Part shown: positions 46,360 through 54,578 of the stretch, one piece after another
Layout of the letters: every line of letters begins with the position of its first letter
How positions within the stretch are numbered: the first letter of the stretch is position 1
NCBI GenBank assembly: GCA_030427425.1
Contig: JAUICQ010000001.1
Span: 46,665 to 110,664, forward strand
Reading direction: 5' to 3'
DNA from: Fimbriimonadia bacterium
Lineage (GTDB): Bacteria > Armatimonadota > Fimbriimonadia > Fimbriimonadales > Fimbriimonadaceae
Length of the DNA: 64,000 bases
The notes under the pieces: generated by a model
The model's input: the letters and a program-made list of their open reading frames with translations, nothing else
The model's database searches: none
What the model was told of the DNA's origin: nothing
Program-made: the position numbers and the translations under genes

Positions 46360-47415
46360 TTACTTAGATAGATGCTTTTTTTCTTCTAAGTATCTTTCTG
46401 CGTCTATTGCAGCCATACAGCCCATTCCTGCAGATGTTACGGCCTGTCTATATACTTTGTCACATACATCGCCTGCTGCAAAAACACCAGGAATATTCGT
46501 TTTTGATGTTCTTCCGTCTACGTAGATGTATCCAACTTCGTCCATCTGAATAAAATCTTTAAAGATTTTGCTATTTGGCTGATGACCAATTGCTATGAAT
46601 ACTCCAGAAACCGAGATCTCTTTAGTAGATCCGTCTTGAGTATTCTTTAATCTAGCTCCTGTCACCTTTTTCCGAGGTTCAGTGTCTCCAATAATTTCGT
46701 CTAATTGGTGATTCCAAATTACTTCTATCTTATCGGAATTCAAAACTCGTTGCTGCATAATTTTGCTGGCTCTAAATGAATCTCTTCTATGAACAACATA
46801 AACCTTATTACAGAGTCGTGATAGGAAGAGCGCTTCTTCCATAGCAGTATCTCCCCCTCCAACTATGATAACATCTTTACCCTTGTAGAAGAATCCATCA
46901 CAGGTAGCGCAAGCGCTAACTCCGTAGCCATTAAATGCTTGTTCGCTAGGTATTCCAAGCCACTTTGCGCTAGCCCCGGTAGCGATTATTACAGCATCTG
47001 CAGAGTACGTTTCATCCTCGCATTTTAGAATGAATGGCTCAGTGTTGAAATCTACTTCTTCTACGTGTTTGTATTCTACTTTTGTTTCGAATCGTTCAGC
47101 TTGTTTCTGGAACAGATCCATCATTTCTGTTCCTTGAATACCATCAGGGAATCCTGGATAATTCTCTACATCAGTTGTAGTTGTCAACTGACCGCCTGGT
47201 GTTTCTCCGGCTAATACAAGTGGTTTAATGCCGGCTCTTGCTGCATATAGTGCAGCAGTGTAACCAGCAGGGCCCGATCCGATTATAATTAATTCGTAAT
47301 GCATAGTACTAATAGAGTCTACTCGTTTTGAAGAAGATTCTTCATTATTGTTCCGGTTGCAGCCAGCAATAGAGATGATAAATACTACGATGAATAAGCA
47401 ATATTTGAAATACAT
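46360..47415 (-). CDS. trxB: Thioredoxin-disulfide reductase; the ORF carries a 37-aa N-terminal lipoprotein-type signal extension (alternative start at 47304)
   Basis: IIIGSGPAGYTAA, CATCDG redox centre, VIIVGGGDTAMEEA, GVFAAGDV. Extension MYFKYCLFIVVFIISIAGCNRNN carries the lipobox IAGC. Confidence 0.9.
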   Translation of the reverse strand: MYFKYCLFIVVFIISIAGCNRNNNEESSSKRVDSISTMHYELIIIGSGPAGYTAALYAARAGIKPLVLAGETPGGQLTTTTDVENYPGFPDGIQGTEMMDLFQKQAERFETKVEYKHVEEVDFNTEPFILKCEDETYSADAVIIATGASAKWLGIPSEQAFNGYGVSACATCDGFFYKGKDVIIVGGGDTAMEEALFLSRLCNKVYVVHRRDSFRASKIMQQRVLNSDKIEVIWNHQLDEIIGDTEPRKKVTGARLKNTQDGSTKEISVSGVFIAIGHQPNSKIFKDFIQMDEVGYIYVDGRTSKTNIPGVFAAGDVCDKVYRQAVTSAGMGCMAAIDAERYLEEKKHLSK

Positions 47416-47526
47416 ATATGGTTTTTACCTCTAATATTGTTGTGTATTTAGAATAAATGGGATGATAGGTGGTTTATTTTCACATATTATTTTTTCGTAA
47501 GAGTAAAATATGATAATAAAACAGTT

Positions 47527-49026
47527 ATGAGTACTATATTAAAAAGTAAGATTGTTAAAACATATTTACCATCCTTTATATCTTATGCATTGCTAACTCT
47601 TGCATTCCCGCCATTCCATTACAGTTGGTTAGCTTTTATAGCTCTGGTCCCATGGATTATTCAGTTAAAAACGATACGTACACCTCAAGCATTGAAAACG
47701 GGAGCGTTCTTCGGAACGTTATTTACCCTTACTCAGATGGCATGGGTTAAATCGTTAATTACTACGTATATAGGGGATCCTATTGCGGGGTATGTTGCTT
47801 GGTTTGTGGTTGCGGTGCTCTGTATTATCTTCTTTTATTTACCACTATCTTTCTGTTTAAGAAAGTGTATGAAGCATAATAGGTTAGAGCTTATTCCATT
47901 AGTATGGGTGTCATTCGAACTGATAAGGTCTTATTTTCCAATCATCGGTTTTCCATGGGGTCTGCTTGCAACGCCATTAAGTTTAAAGCCTTATCTAATA
48001 CAACACGCGTCTATAGGTACTGTGTATATGGTTTCAGCTTGGGTTGCGTTTGTTAATATATTAGTTGTAATGTTGTTTATTAAAACATCAACAAGAAGGT
48101 TTGCTATATCCGGAATTATCGTTACCTCATGTTTAATATTCTCTCTTATTAGATATTATGATGTGCGGAGCCCTATTGCGGTTATTAAAGTTGCTTTAGC
48201 ACAGATAGGAGTAGACTTTGCATTTACAAAACAGCCAGAAAAAAGTTATAAAATTAAGACAGCTACTCGAAATCTTTTAAAAGAAGCCTATGAAGCCAAT
48301 CCAGACCTGATAGTGTTTCCTGAGGCCATGTGTTTTGGATTAGAATACGCTCAGAAAAACTTTTTTGGGAAGCATCCTAAATATCCCATTTTATTCGGGG
48401 CTCACAGGGAAGGGGATGAGCAGAAAGTGCATCAATCCATATTCTTGTACGATGGAAAAGAGTGGAAACTTGCCGATAAAATTAAGTTAGTAGCGTTTGG
48501 GGAGTATATTCCATTTAGAAAGCAGTTAAAGTTACCCGAGGATTTCATCATGAGAGACATGACCCCCGGAGATAAAATGACCACATTCCAATTCCAGAAT
48601 GATATTAAAATTGGGACCCTGATATGCTTTGAATCGAATTTTCCCGATCTAGCTTCTACACATACGAGTCAGGATGCTACTCTACTTGTAAATACTGTTA
48701 TTGATGATTGGTATGTAGGCACAGCTGCTCCAGAACAACTATTTTATGCATGTATATGGAGATCGGTAGAGTGCGGATTGCCATTGTTACGTGTGGGTCC
48801 GTTGGGTATTAGTGGGATTATAGATTCTAGAGGGAACATTCAGATTAAGAATGATGATACTTCCAGTAAATTAATAGTCAGCAATATTGCACTGCCTACA
48901 CGTTCGGATTCTAATCCTTATAGAGCCTGGTTACCATGGCTGTTTATATTATCGATACCTTATGCGATTATAGAGGATATTATCAAATTTATTAAACGTA
49001 GAAGGGAACAGTTAGCGTCTTCTTAG
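47527..49026 (+). CDS. lnt: Apolipoprotein N-acyltransferase
   Basis: Multi-TM N-terminal half. C-terminal CN-hydrolase domain with VFPEA (Glu), K(L/I)KLV...FGEYIP (Lys) and LICFES (Cys). Confidence 0.85.
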   Translation: MSTILKSKIVKTYLPSFISYALLTLAFPPFHYSWLAFIALVPWIIQLKTIRTPQALKTGAFFGTLFTLTQMAWVKSLITTYIGDPIAGYVAWFVVAVLCIIFFYLPLSFCLRKCMKHNRLELIPLVWVSFELIRSYFPIIGFPWGLLATPLSLKPYLIQHASIGTVYMVSAWVAFVNILVVMLFIKTSTRRFAISGIIVTSCLIFSLIRYYDVRSPIAVIKVALAQIGVDFAFTKQPEKSYKIKTATRNLLKEAYEANPDLIVFPEAMCFGLEYAQKNFFGKHPKYPILFGAHREGDEQKVHQSIFLYDGKEWKLADKIKLVAFGEYIPFRKQLKLPEDFIMRDMTPGDKMTTFQFQNDIKIGTLICFESNFPDLASTHTSQDATLLVNTVIDDWYVGTAAPEQLFYACIWRSVECGLPLLRVGPLGISGIIDSRGNIQIKNDDTSSKLIVSNIALPTRSDSNPYRAWLPWLFILSIPYAIIEDIIKFIKRRREQLASS

Positions 49027-49073
49027 TCTATGCAAGTAGGTATTTTTACTATCTAATATGACATACTAAATTT

Positions 49074-49694
49074 GTGTCTTATAGATATAAAAAGTTAGTA
49101 GTAGGCGTTACTGGCGCAAGTGGTGCCATTTATACCAAAAGATTTTTAATGCATGCTTGTAAGTATTATGAAGAGATATTCCTCATCATGAGCAGACAAG
49201 CCTACCAGGTGATTGATACAGAGCTTGGTATACCTATCTCAAAAGAAAATTTCAACATTAATGAATGGCTAGGGGCAGATTATCCTCAAATTAAATTAAT
49301 GGATGAAAAAAATTACTTCTGTCCTCCCGCTAGCGGATCGTTCAGGCACGATGGTATGGTGATAATCCCGTGTTCTATGGGTACGGCTGGTAGAATCGCT
49401 AATGGTATTAGTAACGACCTTCTAACGAGAAGTGCTGATGTATGCTTAAAAGAGAATCGAAAGCTGATACTAGTGCCTCGTGAGATGCCATGGAATTTAA
49501 TCATGTTACGTAACTTTACCAGTCTGGCAGAATCTGGAGCTACAATAGTCCCTGCCTCACCAGCATGGTATCATCATCCTAAAAATTTTAACGATCTTGC
49601 TGATACTGTTGTCTCTAGAGTATTGCAGTTGTTGGGTATAGATCAGGATATATTTGCTCAGTGGATGGTAGATGATATCAAAAATGAAAAATAA
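49074..49694 (+). CDS. ubiX: Flavin prenyltransferase UbiX
   Basis: KLVVGVTGASGAIY, IIPCSMGTAGRIANGISNDLLTRSADVCLKE.RKLILVPREMP. GTG start. Confidence 0.85.
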   Translation: MSYRYKKLVVGVTGASGAIYTKRFLMHACKYYEEIFLIMSRQAYQVIDTELGIPISKENFNINEWLGADYPQIKLMDEKNYFCPPASGSFRHDGMVIIPCSMGTAGRIANGISNDLLTRSADVCLKENRKLILVPREMPWNLIMLRNFTSLAESGATIVPASPAWYHHPKNFNDLADTVVSRVLQLLGIDQDIFAQWMVDDIKNEK

Positions 49695-50619
49695 GAAGAT
49701 AATTATAGCAGGTGGTTCTGGATTAATCGGCAGAGCTCTTGTAAAGAGTTTAAAAGCTGAGAATGAAATAGTTATTCTTTCTAGAGGTATTCAGAATATT
49801 GATAGTGATAAGAATATATCATGGTTAAATTGGAATGGTAAAGATTGTGGTGATTGGTGTCATCAACTGGAACATTCTGATGTTTTGATTAATTTATCTG
49901 GCATGTCTATTTCTAACAAATGGACCAAGGAAAATAAACAGAAAATTGAAGACTCTCGCGTAGAGCCAACTTTATGCTTAGGGAAAGCTCTATCATCACT
50001 AGAGAACCCTCCAGCATTATGGATAAATGGTAGTGCAGTTGGATATTATGGCGACAGAGGTACAGAATATTTGGACGAGAGTTCAGCGCTTGGAGATGGA
50101 TTTTTATCAGACGTGTGCCAAAAGTGGGAATCGGCTTTTTATAAGTATGAATTGCCTAAAGTAAGAAGGGTGGCTCTAAGGACAAGCATGGTGCTTAGTA
50201 CAGATGGCGGGGCATACATATTAATGAATCAACTAGCCAAGTTATTTATTGCAGGTACTTTAGGTTTTAAGGTAAGATACTACAGTTTTATACATATAGA
50301 CGATCTAGTATCTCTTATTAAATGGATACAGTCCTCAGATGTAGATGGTGCGATTAATGGGGTTGTTCCTAACCCGACTACAAATCATCATTTTATGAGC
50401 CTATTGAGAAAGTCTTTGAATCGACCGTATGTGCCGCCTCTGCCAGACTTTTTAGTGCCTTTTTTCTCGTTAATTCTTAATAATGAATTATCCGTTGCTA
50501 TGATGTCTCAGAGGGTAGTACCCAAAAAAGCATTAGATAATGGGTTCTATTTTAAATTTCCAGATGCAGAGACTGCATTAAACAATTTAGCATTATCGTT
50601 GAATAGTTCAAAAAAATAG
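49672..50619 (+). CDS. TIGR01777/YfcH-type NAD-dependent epimerase-like protein (SDR fold + DUF1731)
   Basis: IIAGGSGLIGRAL Rossmann motif. C-terminal ...QRVVPKKALDNGFYFKFPDAETAL typical of the DUF1731 tail. 23-bp overlap with ubiX. Confidence 0.75.
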   Translation: MISKMKNKKIIIAGGSGLIGRALVKSLKAENEIVILSRGIQNIDSDKNISWLNWNGKDCGDWCHQLEHSDVLINLSGMSISNKWTKENKQKIEDSRVEPTLCLGKALSSLENPPALWINGSAVGYYGDRGTEYLDESSALGDGFLSDVCQKWESAFYKYELPKVRRVALRTSMVLSTDGGAYILMNQLAKLFIAGTLGFKVRYYSFIHIDDLVSLIKWIQSSDVDGAINGVVPNPTTNHHFMSLLRKSLNRPYVPPLPDFLVPFFSLILNNELSVAMMSQRVVPKKALDNGFYFKFPDAETALNNLALSLNSSKK

Positions 50620-50684
50620 GTGAGTATAATGGGTAAAATATACTTAGTGGGAGAAGTAATTCACTAAAACCACGGAGGTATAAG

Positions 50685-51419
50685 TTGAGTAACAAAACTT
50701 TAGAAAAAAAACAGAAGCATTCAAATAGATATTTAGAATTAAATAATAACGTAGATAAAGATAAATTATACGAAATTCAAGAAGCCATTAGTAATGTTAA
50801 AAAGCTAGCCAATGCTAAATTTAATGAGAGTATAGATCTTGCTATTAGATTAGGTATTGATACAAGAAAGAGCGATCAGAATGTGAGAGGAATTACTACA
50901 ATCCCTCATGGTACAGGAAAGAATAAGAGAGTAGCAGTATTAGCAAAGGGAGATTTAGCTGCAGCTGCTGAGAAAGCAGGTGCTGACGAAGTTGGTTCAG
51001 ACGATTTAATTGCTAAAATACAAGCAGGATTTAAAGATTTTGATGTATTGCTTGCTACTGAAGAGATGGCTCCACAAATCGGTAAGATTGGTAGAATTCT
51101 AGGTACAAGAACACCAAACAAAAGAAACGGTACTGTAACAAACAATGTTGATCAGGCAGTTAAAGAGATTAAAGCTGCAACCAGAATCGAGTACAGAGCT
51201 GATAAAGCCGGTGTTGTACATCTACAGATTGGAAAAGTAAGTTTTACCGAAGAACAGATTAAAGAGAACTTTATTACAGCATTAGATACCGTTATTAAAG
51301 CTAAACCATCTAGTTCGAAAGGTAAGTACCTACAGTCTATAACATTGAGCAGTACAATGGGTCCTGGTTTCCATTTAGATACGAATCTAGCTCAGAAAGA
51401 GACTGAAACAAAGAAGTAA
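50685..51419 (+). CDS. rplA: 50S ribosomal protein L1
   Basis: FNESIDLAIRLGIDTRKSDQNVRGITTIPHGTGKNKRVAVLAKG is typical L1. TTG start with a GGAGG SD 6 nt upstream. No rplK upstream. Confidence 0.9.
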   Translation: MSNKTLEKKQKHSNRYLELNNNVDKDKLYEIQEAISNVKKLANAKFNESIDLAIRLGIDTRKSDQNVRGITTIPHGTGKNKRVAVLAKGDLAAAAEKAGADEVGSDDLIAKIQAGFKDFDVLLATEEMAPQIGKIGRILGTRTPNKRNGTVTNNVDQAVKEIKAATRIEYRADKAGVVHLQIGKVSFTEEQIKENFITALDTVIKAKPSSSKGKYLQSITLSSTMGPGFHLDTNLAQKETETKK

Positions 51420-51427
51420 TTTCTTAA

Positions 51428-51476
51428 GATAACATTAAAACAAACATTAAAAAGATATGTATGTTTTAATGTTATC
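51428..51476. terminator. 14-bp perfect inverted repeat between convergent rplA and the Arg/Ser-rich protein gene
   Basis: gataacattaaaac (51428-51441) pairs with gttttaatgttatc (51463-51476), 21-nt loop. The right arm lies inside the last codons of the minus-strand gene. Confidence 0.45.
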
Positions 51477-52703
51477 AATTCTTTCTAAAATCTCATTTAA
51501 ATTCTCTTCTGTTGCAATCTGAGTTCCTCGAGATATATATATAAGAGCCCTTATTTTCTTCTTATCATTGAAGATCGTAAGTTTCCTGAAATCGTCTTCT
51601 GTAAGCATTTTACAGGATTCGCTTAAATTAAAGTTTAACTCTGGTTCCGATATAACCCACAGATTATTCCTAAATACCTTGTAATAGTAGATATTATTAT
51701 CGAAATCTACACTATCTGTAATATGATCAGGAAGACTGATATCGTATTTATGATAGAATTCATCGATACTCTCTTGTGTAAATTGTTTAAATTCTACTCC
51801 TGATAAAGAATTATGTGACAACCAATCTAAGGTATTGAATTTATCATTATAATGAATCGATATCAAATTATGTGAACAATTATTGTTTCTATGTAATTTC
51901 TGCATGATAGATGTATCATAAAAATATATTCTGGATCCTTTATTAGAATCAGCATAGTGTAATAAATTCGATTCATCTAAATTTGATATACCAAATAGAT
52001 ATCCCTGAATTTTAAGATAATCTATCGCACTCTTTTCTTTATTGTCTGTAGAGTACCTTGTGTTGTCGTTGTCTAGATGTAGAATTTCTTCCGATGCGTA
52101 TAATATTCCATTGTAGCACTTACCTGCAAATACAAATTCTTTGTGAACTGATGGCAATGGTCGTATCCAGAGTAGATGCTTGGCTAGTCTACTTGCTGCT
52201 AATTCTGATTTAATGCTTTCATCACAAGATTCCTTAAAAAGAAAATTGTACGTTTTATCTTCATATTTTGCTTGGATACTATAGTATTCTTCTTCAATTC
52301 CAGAAATTTTTTTTAGTATCGATGTATCTTTGTCCTGTTTTGTAATATCACTTACTATACAACTTTCTAAAATATCGTATATACTTATTGAAGCTTCAAG
52401 ACTTTCTCGCCTACTGAGTCGCGCGCTACTGCTTCTACTTCCACTTCTACTTTCACTTCTACCTTTAAAATCTCTCTGCGAGATAGTTTCCGAATCTGAT
52501 GTGGAATCGGATCGTTGTCTTGTTAGGCTGCCTTTGCTATAACCTCTTCTTCTGCTATCTCTACTCGATTTCAATGATGTAACCGGGGTCTGTGTATTAT
52601 GTTTTTCATCATTAAAGCAACAACAGCTGCTACCTACTCCTGAATAAGTGCTCTGATTTAATAATGTTATACATAATAATATTAGCCATATTCTTATTTG
52701 CAT
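51447..52703 (-). CDS. Secreted hypothetical protein with Cys cluster and Arg/Ser-rich low-complexity tract
   Basis: Signal-like N-terminus MQIRIWLILLCITLLNQSTYSG, then SSCCCF. About 70 aa tract SRDSRRRGYSKGSLTRQRSDSTSDSE...GRSESRSGSRSSSARLSRRES. About 300 aa globular C-terminal part with no recognised family. Confidence 0.55.
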   Translation of the reverse strand: MQIRIWLILLCITLLNQSTYSGVGSSCCCFNDEKHNTQTPVTSLKSSRDSRRRGYSKGSLTRQRSDSTSDSETISQRDFKGRSESRSGSRSSSARLSRRESLEASISIYDILESCIVSDITKQDKDTSILKKISGIEEEYYSIQAKYEDKTYNFLFKESCDESIKSELAASRLAKHLLWIRPLPSVHKEFVFAGKCYNGILYASEEILHLDNDNTRYSTDNKEKSAIDYLKIQGYLFGISNLDESNLLHYADSNKGSRIYFYDTSIMQKLHRNNNCSHNLISIHYNDKFNTLDWLSHNSLSGVEFKQFTQESIDEFYHKYDISLPDHITDSVDFDNNIYYYKVFRNNLWVISEPELNFNLSESCKMLTEDDFRKLTIFNDKKKIRALIYISRGTQIATEENLNEILERIDNIKTYISF

Positions 52704-52935
52704 AAATAAATTATAGGTAATTTTTACAATTAACCAATATAGCAGTGAACTTATTTTACAAATCTTATTGCTAGTTAGAATAAATACCTAATTTTTCTAA
52801 TACTGTAATATATTACAACTAGGAATAATATCTGCTTATACGCCATATGGTGAAATAGTCACCGGGGAATACTAGTATAAAAGCTATAAATACTCAATAC
52901 TGGTAATTGTAATAATAGGGATATTTATTGTATTG

Positions 52936-52943
52936 GCTGATAT
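52936..52943 (+). promoter_or_regulatory. Sigma28 -10-like box GCTGATAT upstream of the flagellin gene
   Basis: 7/8 match to GCCGATAT, 50 nt upstream of the ATG. No TAAA at the expected -35 position. Confidence 0.25.
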
Positions 52944-52992
52944 TATTTTTACAAGGAATAGGATTTTCTTGTTTTAAATCAAGGAGGAAATA

Positions 52993-54435
52993 ATGGCTTT
53001 TAATGTTAAGACAAGTCCCATAATTCAATCATCGATAGGGAATGTATTTAGTACAAGTAGTAATCTAACCAAAACCATGGGAAGATTAGGTAGTGGTTTA
53101 CGTGTAAGTAGTGCTGGTGATGATCCAGCTGCTTTTGTTGGTTCATCCAGAATGCAGGATAGTATCAGCAGTATGGAAAGTGTAATTAGAACAACACAAG
53201 AAAATCAGAATTACATGAAAACTGCTGAAGGAGCTTTAGACGAGGTAAGCAAATTACTTAGAGATGCAAGATCATTGGCTCTAAATAGTTTAAACCAACC
53301 AACTCTAACAGACACTCAGCGAGATGCAAATAACGATCAGTTGAAATCTATTTCAAGCAGTATTACTAGAATTGCAAGAAATACAAAATACGGTACAAAT
53401 GGAATTTTAGATGGTTCTACAGGTATCTTTGCGCTATCAACAGCTCTATTATCTGTTGAAAGTATGTCTTTTACTGGTGCATTCGGTGGATACGCACTAT
53501 CTACAACAGCTACAATATCATTTACAGTTACAACAGCAGCGTCTGTTGCATCCGTTAACGCTGGTCAGGCATATGGTATTTTAAGTGTTGTAGGTGCAGG
53601 TTCGTTCTCTATTAACGGTGTTGTATTTAATACCACAGGTAGTACCACTGGTCAGGAACTATATTCTATGGTTAATGCTGCTAGTGATGTAACTGGTGTA
53701 TATGTAACATATTCTGCAGGAGCTGGTGCACAAGCATCTCTAGTTGCAACTGAATGGGGTAGTGCCGGTAGAATTGATGTTGTAGACCCTAATACTATTC
53801 TTATATCAACTACAAATTCAAGTACTGTAGGTACAGATGGTGTGGCTTCGGTATGTATTAACTATAATGCAAGTGGTGAATTTGCCACAGTTACGTTCAA
53901 CCGTGGTACAGGTAAGACATTTAAAGATGCTGATGGTAACACTATTGAATTAACACCAAACCAAGCAGTAAGTACAACAACATTTAACCCAGGACAAGTA
54001 CGGTTACCTGTTGGTGGACCAACTAGATTCCAAGTAGGTATCAATGATACAACTCAGGATCAGGTAGGTTTAAGCTTAGATAACATTCAGGCAGATAACC
54101 TAGGTAGAACTGGTGGTAACAGCTTATCTGATGTAGACTTAGTAAGCTCTGAAAATGCTAGTGAAGCACTAACTGTTATTGACAAGGCAATCAATGAAGT
54201 ATCTTCTATGCGTGGTAGAATTGGTAACTTCCAAAAGAACGTACTAGATTCTAACATGAGATCTTTAAGTGTTGGTAGAGAAAACATGTTAGCAAGTAAG
54301 AGTGCTATTGCTGATACAGATATGGCTGCTGAAGCTGCTAAATTTGCTCAGGAACAGATTCTATCTGAAGGTGCAGTAGCTGTTCTAGGAAACGCTATGG
54401 CATTATCTAGATCTGCTCTAAGCTTAATTAGATAA
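52993..54435 (+). CDS. fliC: Flagellin
   Basis: N-terminal LGSGLRVSSAGDDPAAF and C-terminal RGRIGNFQKN...DTDMAAEAAKFAQEQILSEGAVAVLGNA conserved flagellin D0/D1 segments. Thr/Ser/Gly-rich variable middle with an IN motif (FSINGVVFNTTG...). AAGGAGG SD. Confidence 0.9.
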   Translation: MAFNVKTSPIIQSSIGNVFSTSSNLTKTMGRLGSGLRVSSAGDDPAAFVGSSRMQDSISSMESVIRTTQENQNYMKTAEGALDEVSKLLRDARSLALNSLNQPTLTDTQRDANNDQLKSISSSITRIARNTKYGTNGILDGSTGIFALSTALLSVESMSFTGAFGGYALSTTATISFTVTTAASVASVNAGQAYGILSVVGAGSFSINGVVFNTTGSTTGQELYSMVNAASDVTGVYVTYSAGAGAQASLVATEWGSAGRIDVVDPNTILISTTNSSTVGTDGVASVCINYNASGEFATVTFNRGTGKTFKDADGNTIELTPNQAVSTTTFNPGQVRLPVGGPTRFQVGINDTTQDQVGLSLDNIQADNLGRTGGNSLSDVDLVSSENASEALTVIDKAINEVSSMRGRIGNFQKNVLDSNMRSLSVGRENMLASKSAIADTDMAAEAAKFAQEQILSEGAVAVLGNAMALSRSALSLIR

Positions 54436-54485
54436 TATATTAAAAAATATATTAATTTAATATCAATAAATTCTAAAAGCTAAAA

Positions 54486-54523
54486 ATATAACCCGATAAG
54501 AGATAATCGGGTTATATTTTTTA
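54486..54523 (+). terminator. Rho-independent terminator of the flagellin gene
   Basis: atataacccgat / atcgggttatat 12-bp stem, 8-nt loop, T run. Confidence 0.8.
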
Positions 54524-54578
54524 TTAGCGGATGGAATGAAAAGCTATAATAATAAATAGGAAGCTATTCCTAGATGTT

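Noticed and set aside
50620-50684. Hairpin TTAGTG-ggagaagtaatt-CACTAA in the rplA leader as an L1 autoregulatory (23S-mimic) site, given that rplA is detached from rplK here
   Set aside because: The idea is plausible, but I cannot reproduce the L1-binding consensus from memory with enough precision. A 6-bp AT-rich stem alone is weak evidence. An Rfam L1-leader scan would be needed.
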